From positions 15 through 64,014 of the forward strand of contig JAKSPB010000017.1 in assembly GCA_024405215.1 (NCBI GenBank): a DNA stretch of 64,000 bases, given 5' to 3'. The notes under the pieces are model-generated. The model had not been told where the DNA came from, ran no database searches, and was given only the letters and a program-made list of their open reading frames with translations. Shown piece by piece: positions 20,392-29,475 of this stretch. Source of the stretch: Lentisphaeria bacterium. GTDB lineage: Bacteria; Verrucomicrobiota; Lentisphaeria; Oligosphaerales; Oligosphaeraceae. The position numbers and the translations under genes were made by a program. Positions within the stretch are counted from its first letter, which is position 1; every line of letters begins with the position of its first letter.

Positions 20392-21097
20392 CAAGAAAGA
20401 TAGCAGCGAGCTGTCGAAGAACGTCATCAGCCTCCAGGACCTGAAGAAGGTCTTCCAGGTGGGAGACACGACGGTCCATGCCCTCAAGGGCATCAGCTTT
20501 GATCTGGAGCGTGGCGGATACATGTCCATCATGGGCACTTCCGGCTCCGGGAAGTCCACGCTGCTGAACATCCTGGGGTGCCTGGACACCGCTTCCAGCG
20601 GAAACTACTTTCTGGACGGCGTGAACGTGGCCGGCATGAACGACGGGCAGCTCAGCGACATCCGCGGCCGCAAGTTCGGCTTCATCTTCCAGTCTTTCAA
20701 CCTGATCCCCCAGCTCTCCGTCCTGGAGAACATCGAGGTTCCGCTCTTCTACCAGGATTGGTCGGAGAAGAAGAGCCGCGAACGCTCCCTGATGCTGGCG
20801 GAGATGGTCGGCCTGGGACACCGCCTGCAACATCGCCCCACGGAGCTTTCCGGCGGCCAGCGCCAACGCGTGGCCATCGCCCGTGCCCTGGCCAATGAAC
20901 CTTCCGTGATTTTTGCTGACGAGCCAACCGGCAACCTGGACCAGGAGACGGGCCGGGAGATCATGCAGGTTCTGGACAAGCTGGCGGAAGAGGGCCGTTC
21001 CATCATCCTGGTGACCCATGAGCGCGCCATCGCGGAGCACGCCAGGCGGATGATCCGTCTGGTGGACGGACGGATCGTGAGCGACGAGACATTCTAG
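20384..21097 (+). CDS. ABC transporter ATP-binding protein (MacB/LolD-type)
   Basis: GTG start overlapping the adaptor stop. Walker A GTSGSGKST, signature LSGGQRQRVAIARAL, Walker B IFADEPTGNLD. Confidence 0.9.
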   Translation: MSDKKDSSELSKNVISLQDLKKVFQVGDTTVHALKGISFDLERGGYMSIMGTSGSGKSTLLNILGCLDTASSGNYFLDGVNVAGMNDGQLSDIRGRKFGFIFQSFNLIPQLSVLENIEVPLFYQDWSEKKSRERSLMLAEMVGLGHRLQHRPTELSGGQRQRVAIARALANEPSVIFADEPTGNLDQETGREIMQVLDKLAEEGRSIILVTHERAIAEHARRMIRLVDGRIVSDETF

Positions 21098-21112
21098 TGG
21101 CCGGATTCGGTT

Positions 21113-22408
21113 ATGATGCACTTTTTCTACAAGATCAAACGCGTTGGCAAGCTGGGCATGCGGAGCCTGGTGGAGCACAAGCTCCGCAGTCTGCTGACCG
21201 CGCTGGGAATCATTTTCGGCGTGGGAAGCGTCATCGCCATGCTGGCCATTGGCGAAGGCGCCAGCTACGCGGCCCGCGAGCAGATTCGCAGCATGGGCTC
21301 CACCAATATCATCATCCGGAGCAGAAAGCCCGAGGAATCCACCAACGCCTCCAACAATACGCAGTTCATGAGCATCTATGGACTGACATACGACGATGCC
21401 ATGCGTATCCGGACGCTCTTCCCGTCCATCGTGGTGGATGTCCCCGCCCGTGAAATTGTCACCCAGGTGCGCTATCTCTCCACCCAGCTTCCGGTGAAGG
21501 TGGTGGGGACCATCCCCTGGCATCTGAAGAATTCCACTTCCAAGTTGTTAAGCGGAAGGTTCATCGACGCATACGACATGAGCAAGTCCTCCAACAGCGT
21601 GGTCCTCAGCAAGGCCACCGCGCGGAAGCTTTTCCCCCTGGATTATCCAATAGGCCGGAGCGTCTATATCGACGGTTACGCCTATGTTGTGGTGGGGATT
21701 GTCTCCGACTGCAGCGATGGCGGAGACAAGCAGAAGGAGTCTTCCGGCAAGTCCGTTGCCGAACGGGAGGTCTTCGAGGCGTTCATCTCCATTACGGCGG
21801 CGCGGAATCGCTTTGGCGAGATCATTACCCGCCGGGAGACGGGCTCTACTTCTTTCGAGAAGGTGGAGATCCATCAGCTTACGGTAACCGCGCCGGGCGA
21901 CGAGTCCGTGAAGCCCTTGGCGGAGGCTATCCGGAAGTGCCTCCAGGAGACGCATAAGCAGGTGGACTTCGAGATGATCATCCCGCTGGAGCTGCTGACG
22001 CAGGCGGAGAATACCAAGCGTATCTTCAACATCGTCCTGGGAAGCATTGCCGCCTTGAGTCTGCTGGTCGGCGGCATCGGCATCATGAACATCATGCTGG
22101 CCAGCGTCACGGAGCGGACCCGGGAGATCGGCACGCGCCGCGCCCTGGGGGCCACGCGTCCGGATATCATCCTGCAGTTCCTGGTGGAGTCGGTGCTGCT
22201 TTCCGTCATCGGCGGATTCATCGGCGTGGGACTGGGGGTGGCCGTGCCCAAGATCGTCACCATGGTTGTGGGACTGGTCACCATCATCCAGCCGTATTCC
22301 ATTTTCATGGCCTTCTGTATTTCCGTCGCCACCGGCGTCATTTTCGGAATCTATCCCGCCATGCGGGCTGCGGCGCTGTCGCCGATCGAGGCACTGCGCC
22401 ACGAATAG
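21113..22408 (+). CDS. ABC transporter permease (MacB_PCD + FtsX domain)
   Basis: N-terminal TM, a large periplasmic domain, and C-terminal FtsX-type TMs with ERTREIGTRRALGATRPDIILQFLVESVLLSVIGG. Confidence 0.88.
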   Translation: MMHFFYKIKRVGKLGMRSLVEHKLRSLLTALGIIFGVGSVIAMLAIGEGASYAAREQIRSMGSTNIIIRSRKPEESTNASNNTQFMSIYGLTYDDAMRIRTLFPSIVVDVPAREIVTQVRYLSTQLPVKVVGTIPWHLKNSTSKLLSGRFIDAYDMSKSSNSVVLSKATARKLFPLDYPIGRSVYIDGYAYVVVGIVSDCSDGGDKQKESSGKSVAEREVFEAFISITAARNRFGEIITRRETGSTSFEKVEIHQLTVTAPGDESVKPLAEAIRKCLQETHKQVDFEMIIPLELLTQAENTKRIFNIVLGSIAALSLLVGGIGIMNIMLASVTERTREIGTRRALGATRPDIILQFLVESVLLSVIGGFIGVGLGVAVPKIVTMVVGLVTIIQPYSIFMAFCISVATGVIFGIYPAMRAAALSPIEALRHE

Positions 22409-22454
22409 AAACGGTCTTTGGGCGAGGGGGGATTGGCACTTTCTGACAATTTTG

Positions 22455-22487
22455 TGCCTGCCTTATTTTGAAAGAACCAGGCAGGCA
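22455..22487 (+). terminator. Stem-loop after the efflux operon
   Basis: tgcctgcc (22455-22462) pairs with ggcaggca (22480-22487), followed by ttatattat. Confidence 0.45.
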
Positions 22488-22655
22488 TTATATTATGAAA
22501 CAAAGTTTGCTTCCTGCGTGAACTGTGTATGTTCTTTAGGCGGTTTTTCTGTCAAAGGAGCATGGGAAGAGGAAGCGATCAGGAAAAGAACTGCCTTGTT
22601 GTCAAATGTTTTTTTTGACAAGGGAAGTTTTCCTTGGGGATTTTACGTTTTATCT

Positions 22656-22693
22656 GAGGTGATGGCAAAAGGCGAAACTTTTGCCATCACCTC
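22656..22693 (+). promoter_or_regulatory. Perfect 16-bp stem-loop in the marC leader
   Basis: gaggtgatggcaaaag (22656-22671), loop gcgaaa, cttttgccatcacctc (22678-22693). It ends 23 nt before the ATG at 22717. No T-run follows. Confidence 0.5.
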
Positions 22694-22716
22694 GTCTAAT
22701 TAAGGACTCTGTTTTC

Positions 22717-23334
22717 ATGTTGTATGTGATTCGTGCCGGTCTGGCCCTCTACCTCAAACTTTTCTTCCTGCTGACGCCATTCTTCGTCCTGGGGACCTTC
22801 ATCTCCCTGACGGACGGTATTTCGCAGACGCTGCGCACCAAGCTGGCCATTCGCATCACCTTGGGCGCTTCCGGTGTCACGCTGACTATCTTCCTGGTAG
22901 GCTTCTTCATCATGCGGGTCTTCGGCATTACCGTGGATGCCTTCCGTGCCGGTTCCGGCGTGTTGCTGTTATTGACTGCTGTGAGCTTGGTCCTGGGCAA
23001 GGATTCCGAGAAGAGGGAGATCCGAGCGGACAAGCTGCTGGACATGGCGGTGGTTCCCCTGGCCACGCCCATCACAGCCGGTCCTGCCACCTTGGGTACC
23101 CTGATGGTCATGGGCACTACCACGCCGGGCCTGGAGGGAAAGCTGATCACCTCCGTCGCCATCGTCATGGCGTGTTGCTCCATTGGCATCATGTTGCTGA
23201 TTTCCGACAAGATCAACCGTCTGCTGGGGCATGCCAACATCACGATCCTGAGCAAGATCACCGGTCTGATCCTGAGCGCCATTTCGTTGCAGATGATTGT
23301 CGTAGGTGTTAAGAATTTGTGGTTGATGGAATAA
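22717..23334 (+). CDS. MarC family (UPF0056) integral membrane protein
   Basis: MLYVIRAGLALYLKLFFLLTPFFVLGTFISL, about six hydrophobic segments, about 205 aa. The ORF track starts at a TTG at 22681; the ATG at 22717 is preferred. Confidence 0.75.
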   Translation: MLYVIRAGLALYLKLFFLLTPFFVLGTFISLTDGISQTLRTKLAIRITLGASGVTLTIFLVGFFIMRVFGITVDAFRAGSGVLLLLTAVSLVLGKDSEKREIRADKLLDMAVVPLATPITAGPATLGTLMVMGTTTPGLEGKLITSVAIVMACCSIGIMLLISDKINRLLGHANITILSKITGLILSAISLQMIVVGVKNLWLME

Positions 23335-23340
23335 AGACGA

Positions 23341-26300
23341 ATGATGAGCAAAAAAATTTCCCTTCTTGTCGTTCTGGCATCCGTATTGGCTTTTGGGTAT
23401 GAGATCAGCCTCAATGGTTTCTTCGAGAACCTGAATCCCGCGGGAATTCCCCATGGGTGGGTCCGGAATGGCTGGAAAGGCTACGAGCCCGCCTGCGCCG
23501 TGGCGTGTTTCCCCATGGAGGGAATTACAGGAAACGTTTTGCGCATCAGCGATGTGCAGAGCGAGAACGGCGCCGCCGTCAACACGGAGTTCTATCCCGG
23601 GCGCAGCGGCGACAGCATCCGGTTCAATTTCCTGGCGCGTGGCAAAGGCAAGGCGAGACTGCGGATGTATTTCAAGACCGTCGAGGGGGAATGGAATTTC
23701 GCCTCGCCCAGGGAATTTTCTTTTGAGCCGACTGCGGAGTGGACGAGATTTTCGGCGATGCTTCCCGTGTTGAATGGCGACAACGGGGAGACGGGGGCTT
23801 TTGACGTGTCGATGGAGACTTCCCAGCAGGGGGGAGAGCTGGAGCTGGCGGATTTTCACGCGGAATTGACCGAGGGCGTCTTCCGGGGCGAGAATCCCTT
23901 CCCGCAGAACTGGACGCTCTTCTGTCCCATGGATGCCAACTATGAACCGACCGTCGAAGAACTAGCCGCTATTCCTGAAAAGCTGAATGGCGTTGCGGGA
24001 CGGGAGTGCAGGATGGACGAGAATTGCACTCTGGATTGGGCGAAATTCATGGGCGCCGGCGAAAAGAAGTGTGGATGGGCCTTCGCGGAACTGGAGGCGC
24101 CATACGCGTGCGACTACACCATCGGCGCCGCCTGCGACTGGTGGATGCAGGTCTTCTGCAATGGCGAATGTGTCATCGACACCATGGCCAGCGGCAATGA
24201 ACTCTACCCCTATGAATTGGACAACCATGTGGCGACGGTTCGTCTGCGCAAGGGCCGGAATGTCTTCGCGGTGAGACAGATTACCGGGGCGACCAGCTCG
24301 GTGCTGAAGATCGGCGGACCGCTGAATCTGGGGAGACGTGACGTGCTGATTCGCCTGTCCAAGGTGGACTGGCAGGAGAATTTTGATGGAAAGGAGGTCT
24401 CCTGCACCGGCGAACCGGAGGTGATCCAGGGGCTTCCCACGCCGGGGCTGCTTGCCTATACGGGGCAGGGCGTCTTCCGGACCGCGGAGCACTTGTCCAT
24501 TCTGCCGCCGGAACAATTCTGGGCGATGCCGGAACGTCCGGAAGTCTATCGCGCCATGGGTGTCCGCATCCAGAATTTCGGACGCGAGGAATGCAGGAGT
24601 TCGCATCTGTCCCTTTGTTTTCTGGACAAGGATGCGGAGGCCATTTCGCTGCTGGTCGAAAATCGTCCAGGCCAGCCTCTGAAGTTGCAGCTTCTGCAGG
24701 GCTTTGAGATCCTTTGCGAGACGGAAGTCCAGCGCGGACAGCTTCCGGCGGATTTCCTGGTGGGCGTCAACAACCGGGGGCTTGTCTCGATCCGCGTTAC
24801 CAGTCTTTCTGATGGATCCACGGTTGCCATGACAGGTCAGCTCAAGAATTTCATGCCCCGGAAGGAGACGGTGCTTGGGATGACTTTCGAGGCCGATGGC
24901 GATCCGGCTGAAGTGGTTCTGGACAACTTTACGGTGGGCGAGGCCATGGTGGAGAGCAAGACCAGCACGGTGCCGTTCCAAGTGGAACCCCAGCCGGAGT
25001 TCGATCCCGTCAAGGCGGGATGGAAGATGGTCTTCGAGGAGAATTTCGACGGCGATTCATTGGATCTGACCAAATGGTTCTATCCCTTCAACAGCACAAA
25101 GGAGAATGTCCGCATCCATGACGGCGTCTGCCAGATTTTCGGTGACTGGGACGAGGCGCGCACAGGCATCCGCCGCGTGGGGAAGATTGCCACGAATCAG
25201 AGTTTCCTCTACGGATATTTTGAGGCGCGAGTCCGCTTCAAGAGCCAGCCCGGATGGTGGACGGCCTTCTGGCTCTACGGGCACAATGTCCGGAATCCTT
25301 TCTACGACGGTTTCGAGATTGATATCTACGAGGACTACTACCTGCACGGCAATCCTGGAACGCAGGCGCCGCGCGTCCTGGACCACAATCTCCATCTGCA
25401 GAACGGAAAGACCCTGAAGAGCTACAACTACAATTCCCCCAAGATGGGCTCTTTGGACGACTTCTATGTCATCGGATGCAAGTGGACGCCCTTTGAGATT
25501 TCCTATTACCTGGACGGGAAGCTGATCAAGAGCTCCGCCTCCCATAGTCCGTACAATTCCGTGACCTTCGATGCCTTCAATCACGGCACCGGTATCGTGC
25601 CGCTCTTCGTCACGCTTTCCGGCCAGGAGACAAAGTCCTTTGCCGGAGATCCCAAGGCGGGCGTCTTCCCGGACAGCTTCACTGCCGACTACGTGCGCGT
25701 CTATGAATTCCCCCAGGAGGACATTCCCCAGATTCATTGGACGGCCAAGCCCGACAGCACTCTGGCTTCCTACGGCGATACGCTGGAGTTCTCCGTGGAG
25801 GTGGCGCCCAATGCCGCTACGGGAAAGCCTGTCAAGGATGTCTATCTCTTTGACAGCGGCTATCTTCTGGAACACAAGAGCAGGCCGCCGTATGACTTCA
25901 AGGTGCTGCTGACCAAGGAGGCATACGAGGCCACGAACTACTGCAAGCCCGGACGCCAGGGGCTGGTGCCCGATTTCGCGGAGAACTTCCATGCGTACAG
26001 CGTCTTCGTGCAGGATGCGGCGGGCGCCGTCGCCCACACGGATGCCTTTACCCTCTATGGCATCGTTGAGGCTAAAGACAGCTTGCCCTATCAGGGGAAA
26101 GCGCAGGGCATTCCCGGCGTCGTGAGGGCGGAGCTCTTTGACGAGGGCGGACAGGGCGTGGCGTATTACGACACTTCCAAGGGAAATACCAACGCCCAGC
26201 GCGCCAAGGACGGCGGGTTCCGGCCTGACGAGGATGTGGATACCACTGGCGAGGTCATCGGATTCGTGGATATGGGCGAATGGGTGAACTACACGGTGGA

Positions 26301-26547
26301 TGTCCAGAAGACAGGCGACTATACGGTGGAACTGCTTTACGGAAGCGACAACCGGGGAGAGGATATGGCGGTGCGGCTTTATGTGGACGGCAAGGACGCC
26401 GCCGTGCTGCCCATCTTCCGGACGGGGCGATGGGCGACCGATACCATCAGTGCCGGCGAAATCCACCTGACTGAAGGCCGGCACGTCCTGAAGCTCTTCC
26501 TGGGCGCAGCGTTGAATTTCAAGAGCCTGACGTTCAAGGAAAAATAG
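23341..26547 (+). CDS. Exported multidomain glycoside hydrolase family 16-like enzyme with C-terminal CBM6/35-like module
   Basis: Signal peptide MMSKKISLLVVLASVLAFG. GH16 catalytic signature E-I-D-I-Y-E (DGFEIDIYEDYY) after WTAFWLYG. C-terminal GVAYYDTSKGN...GEWVNYTVDVQKTGDYTVELLYGS resembles a CBM6-type module. Confidence 0.7.
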   Translation: MMSKKISLLVVLASVLAFGYEISLNGFFENLNPAGIPHGWVRNGWKGYEPACAVACFPMEGITGNVLRISDVQSENGAAVNTEFYPGRSGDSIRFNFLARGKGKARLRMYFKTVEGEWNFASPREFSFEPTAEWTRFSAMLPVLNGDNGETGAFDVSMETSQQGGELELADFHAELTEGVFRGENPFPQNWTLFCPMDANYEPTVEELAAIPEKLNGVAGRECRMDENCTLDWAKFMGAGEKKCGWAFAELEAPYACDYTIGAACDWWMQVFCNGECVIDTMASGNELYPYELDNHVATVRLRKGRNVFAVRQITGATSSVLKIGGPLNLGRRDVLIRLSKVDWQENFDGKEVSCTGEPEVIQGLPTPGLLAYTGQGVFRTAEHLSILPPEQFWAMPERPEVYRAMGVRIQNFGREECRSSHLSLCFLDKDAEAISLLVENRPGQPLKLQLLQGFEILCETEVQRGQLPADFLVGVNNRGLVSIRVTSLSDGSTVAMTGQLKNFMPRKETVLGMTFEADGDPAEVVLDNFTVGEAMVESKTSTVPFQVEPQPEFDPVKAGWKMVFEENFDGDSLDLTKWFYPFNSTKENVRIHDGVCQIFGDWDEARTGIRRVGKIATNQSFLYGYFEARVRFKSQPGWWTAFWLYGHNVRNPFYDGFEIDIYEDYYLHGNPGTQAPRVLDHNLHLQNGKTLKSYNYNSPKMGSLDDFYVIGCKWTPFEISYYLDGKLIKSSASHSPYNSVTFDAFNHGTGIVPLFVTLSGQETKSFAGDPKAGVFPDSFTADYVRVYEFPQEDIPQIHWTAKPDSTLASYGDTLEFSVEVAPNAATGKPVKDVYLFDSGYLLEHKSRPPYDFKVLLTKEAYEATNYCKPGRQGLVPDFAENFHAYSVFVQDAAGAVAHTDAFTLYGIVEAKDSLPYQGKAQGIPGVVRAELFDEGGQGVAYYDTSKGNTNAQRAKDGGFRPDEDVDTTGEVIGFVDMGEWVNYTVDVQKTGDYTVELLYGSDNRGEDMAVRLYVDGKDAAVLPIFRTGRWATDTISAGEIHLTEGRHVLKLFLGAALNFKSLTFKEK

Positions 26548-26568
26548 CGTGAGGCTATAATATCATGA

Positions 26569-26647
26569 TTTAGAACAACGAATGAACACGAATCGTTGAA
26601 GCAGGCCGCCTTCTTTGACGGGACAGGTGTTCATTCGTGGTTCTAAA
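26569..26647. repeat. Structured palindromic intergenic element, copy A (family shared with 43401-43520)
   Basis: Arms tttagaacaacgaatgaacac and gtgttcattcgtggttctaaa (one mismatch). Core acacgaatcgttgaagcaggc matches 43416-43436 closely. Confidence 0.6.
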
Positions 26648-26966
26648 ACATCCTTCTGATTTCAATTTTTCCTATGGTTCACCCAGGCTGTGGAATGATG
26701 GGAGGGCTGTGACTACTTTTTCAAAAACAGGAAAAACACGGCGGCAACAATAAGAAAGTAGGCAAAAAAATACTTTCCCGTTCCTTCAAAACCCGTATGG
26801 GCAAACAAGGAAAAAGGGAAAAAACATAACGGAAGTAATTTTTGCATGGAAGATTTTCCATGACAAATGGAATATTTTCTTTTCATGTGATTCGCTACGA
26901 ATTATGATAAAAAAGCTGTAAAGTATGATTTCGGTGGAGCAAGGAGTTGTAAATCAGTTGGAATAG

Positions 26967-27245
26967 TTTTGCAAAAGCTCTGTTCCCCAAGAGGGTCGTT
27001 TGCCAACGAAGAGCTTCATGAGTTGTTTCCTCCTGGCAGTCCGCCTGCCGGCGGATGGAACACAAAACACACAAAAAAACTCATAACACACAAAAAGGGC
27101 TTTCTCCTCTTGAAAAAACATTCTGTGTGTTTTGTGTATTCTGTGTGTTTTGTGGCTTGCGCCGGAAGGCGCATCCAGCCGAAGCGGCGACTTGATTTTT
27201 CCCAAAAGGAAACCTACCTTCTTGGGGAACATAACGTTTGCAAAA
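26967..27245. mobile_element. MITE-like 279-bp element bounded by about 27-bp imperfect terminal inverted repeats
   Basis: Left end is ttttgcaaaagctctgttccccaagag (26967-26993). The reverse complement of the right end (27219-27245) is ttttgcaaacgttatgttccccaagaa; 23 of 27 positions match by hand count. The interior has an 18-bp tandem attctgtgtgttttgtgt/attctgtgtgttttgtgg (27120-27155) complementary to cacaaaacacaca (27061-27073). Confidence 0.4.
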
Positions 27246-27261
27246 GGCTCATTGATTTCGT

Positions 27262-29475
27262 TCAAATTCCGCGGATGTCGATTTCGGTAAAGCCGACGCA
27301 GCCATCGGCGAAAAGCAGTCCGGCGCCGCCGCTGGAAAGCTTGTCATCCGTCGCCTCAAGAACCTTTTCGCCATCCAGATATGCGGCAATGGCCGTTCCG
27401 CGGCATTCCAGTTTGAGGAGGCGAACAGTATCCAACGGCCAGTCCACAGGGCATTCCGCCAGAATCTCCTCGCCGTAGTATTGCCGTGCCAAGACCAGCT
27501 TGCCGTCGCGGTAAGCCAGGGAGATATAGCGCTGCATTCCCTGAATATGGGCGAGCAGGCCTGCGGAAGTTGCCATGTGGATGGAGATCCGTGCCTCAAT
27601 GGACATGTCTTTCCAATAGCGGTTTCCGGTGTAGGCATAGCCCATGCCCACGTTCTTGATGAAATATTGCAGTTTCTCCTTGTCGTTGGAGAAGCTTCTC
27701 CGCAAGAAATTGAAACTGGCAATCCATCCATCCACTTCGGTGTTCGGCCGGGCATATTCTTTCACGCTGCTGTGCTCTGACGGCAGAGTGGTCGCATGGA
27801 AGAAGAACTTTCCGGGAATCAGATCCACGTGGCGAATGGTCAGCGCACCGGCGCAGGTGTCGTTGTCGCGGATTTCCAGGCCCAGGGCGACGACGGGGAA
27901 GCCGTTGGTGTCCGGCACCGTGAGCGTCAAATGGCCGTCCGCATCGACAGGCTCGGAGTATGCCATTTCCTTTTCGCCTTTCGGCATTGCGTAGCGCACG
28001 AAGAGGCGCACATCCGACACGGTGCATTCGTGGGTGTCCAGCGTCATCTGCACCGTCATTCCCGAATAGATTTTCGGCGTGGCGACGATGTTGTAGCCGC
28101 CGCGCTGCGTCGGCAGCATGGGGGCGGAAATGCGTGCCACGCCGCCGGCGGGCATCTTGTAGCTGAAGCGTGCGCCGTTCGTGACGCCATCCGTACGCCA
28201 CGTGTGCTCCACAACGATTCCGCGCGTGGTTTCCTCCGGGGCGAAGCCCTGTGCGGCGCCGCGCTCTGAGAAGTCCAGCCAATGCGGGGAGGCGGGAAGT
28301 TCCGGCCAGCCCATCACTTTTCGTCCTATGGCGGCGAGCTTCCGTGCTTCCGTCAGGCAGTCGGAGACGCTGTTTGTGCCGTCCGCCGACGAAATGTAAA
28401 TTCTGTCCGCCATTTCCGTGCGGAAATCATAGCCCTCGCAGATGCCATCCAGTCCCGCGATGATGCCCATCAGGCAGCCTACGTTGCCAGAATTGCAGTC
28501 CGTGTCCTTTCCGCTGGTGTTCACGATGGCAAGAGCCTTCTGGAAATCCGACTGGCCGTATACCCATGCCATGACCATCAGCGCGTGGTTGGGAATCATG
28601 TGGCAGCCACCGCCGTAGATGGCGGAGCCGTATTTCTCTTCGATGCGCTGGTGAGTCTTGCGCCAGTCGCCGTCCTCCTTGCACCACTGCCGCACATCAC
28701 GATGCAGCTGCGCAATGAGACTGTCCTGCGGAATCTGCGCAACGCCGATGTCCAGCAGTTTGTCCATATCCTTTTCCACAAAAGCGGCCGCTTCCATAGC
28801 CGCCACGACAACCGCCGCGTTCACCGCCTCGCCATCGTGGGAGACGCCGGCGGCTTTCCGCGCAAGCTTCGCGGCCAGTTCAGGATTTCCAGGGCTGACC
28901 ATGCCGATGGGATCAATGAAAATCTGTCCACCAATCTGTTCGGAGACCACCTTGCCATTCAGCTTGGCGGAACCAGATTCTGGGGATTTCACGCCGGCCT
29001 TCAGGCGCAGATAGGCGGTCTGCTCCGTGGAGGCTCCCATGCCGTGCCACGAAAGGATCGTCTTGTCCTCCAACAGATAATTCAGCCACGTGTCGCCGTA
29101 GAAGCTGTCTGGCGTATCCGCATACAGACCGGAATCCTCCAGGGCGCGCACAAAAGTGAACGGCCCTGAAATGTCATCGTCAGCCGCAATCAGCGCTGCA
29201 CTCAGGTCTTTGTGGACGTAGTGATCCACATATCCCCACCTTTCTTCGATGACCTCCTTCTGCCAGCCCTCGATGGGGCGTCCTAGATAGACGCCGATGA
29301 CTTTTCCCAGAACGGCGGCATAGACTTGCTCTTCGTAATTCTGAACCATGAGCGTATCTTCTGGTTGTTGAGTATTCATGGATTTGGTCTGAACCGTGTC
29401 TTGCGCAAGAGTTTTGCTGTCCAAAAGACAGCCGCAAACTGCTGCCAGCAGAAAATACGCGAAAAATCTCTTCAT
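27262..29475 (-). CDS. Exported ADP-ribosylglycohydrolase-fold protein with C-terminal beta-sandwich (DUF1080/LamG-like) domain
   Basis: Preferred start gives MKRFFAYFLLAAVCGCLL (signal peptide). ARH-family blocks are GKVIGVYLGRPIEGW, DDDISGPFTF and GKDTDCNSGNVGCLMGIIAG. The C-terminal end is ...AAYLDGEKVLEATDDKLSSGGAGLLFADGCVGFTEIDIRGI. Confidence 0.7.
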   Translation of the reverse strand: MKRFFAYFLLAAVCGCLLDSKTLAQDTVQTKSMNTQQPEDTLMVQNYEEQVYAAVLGKVIGVYLGRPIEGWQKEVIEERWGYVDHYVHKDLSAALIAADDDISGPFTFVRALEDSGLYADTPDSFYGDTWLNYLLEDKTILSWHGMGASTEQTAYLRLKAGVKSPESGSAKLNGKVVSEQIGGQIFIDPIGMVSPGNPELAAKLARKAAGVSHDGEAVNAAVVVAAMEAAAFVEKDMDKLLDIGVAQIPQDSLIAQLHRDVRQWCKEDGDWRKTHQRIEEKYGSAIYGGGCHMIPNHALMVMAWVYGQSDFQKALAIVNTSGKDTDCNSGNVGCLMGIIAGLDGICEGYDFRTEMADRIYISSADGTNSVSDCLTEARKLAAIGRKVMGWPELPASPHWLDFSERGAAQGFAPEETTRGIVVEHTWRTDGVTNGARFSYKMPAGGVARISAPMLPTQRGGYNIVATPKIYSGMTVQMTLDTHECTVSDVRLFVRYAMPKGEKEMAYSEPVDADGHLTLTVPDTNGFPVVALGLEIRDNDTCAGALTIRHVDLIPGKFFFHATTLPSEHSSVKEYARPNTEVDGWIASFNFLRRSFSNDKEKLQYFIKNVGMGYAYTGNRYWKDMSIEARISIHMATSAGLLAHIQGMQRYISLAYRDGKLVLARQYYGEEILAECPVDWPLDTVRLLKLECRGTAIAAYLDGEKVLEATDDKLSSGGAGLLFADGCVGFTEIDIRGI

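Noticed and set aside
17158-22408. The TolC-MacA-MacB operon as the dedicated exporter of the RTX-motif protein at 58738..60531.
   Set aside because: The two loci are about 36 kb apart with unrelated genes between them. The ABC component is the MacB/FtsX type with a separate ATPase, not the HlyB-type T1SS exporter. The sequence shows no link.
22432-22450. TGGCAC at 22433 as a sigma-54 -24 element downstream of the efflux operon.
   Set aside because: The sequence is TGGCACtttctGACA. There is no TTGC at the required N5 spacing and no downstream gene start within reach. The next gene starts at 22717, behind two hairpins.
26569-26647. The palindromic element as a hammerhead ribozyme or riboswitch, because of the ctgaag and gaaa strings in copy B.
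   Set aside because: The conserved hammerhead core CUGANGA…GAAA is not present in the proper arrangement in either copy. Copy A sits between gene 3' ends, where a riboswitch makes no sense.
27120-27155. The 18-bp tandem here and the 9-bp tandem at 32777-32821 as CRISPR-like arrays.
   Set aside because: The units are directly adjacent with no spacers, number only two and five, and are far shorter than CRISPR repeats. No cas genes are in the window.
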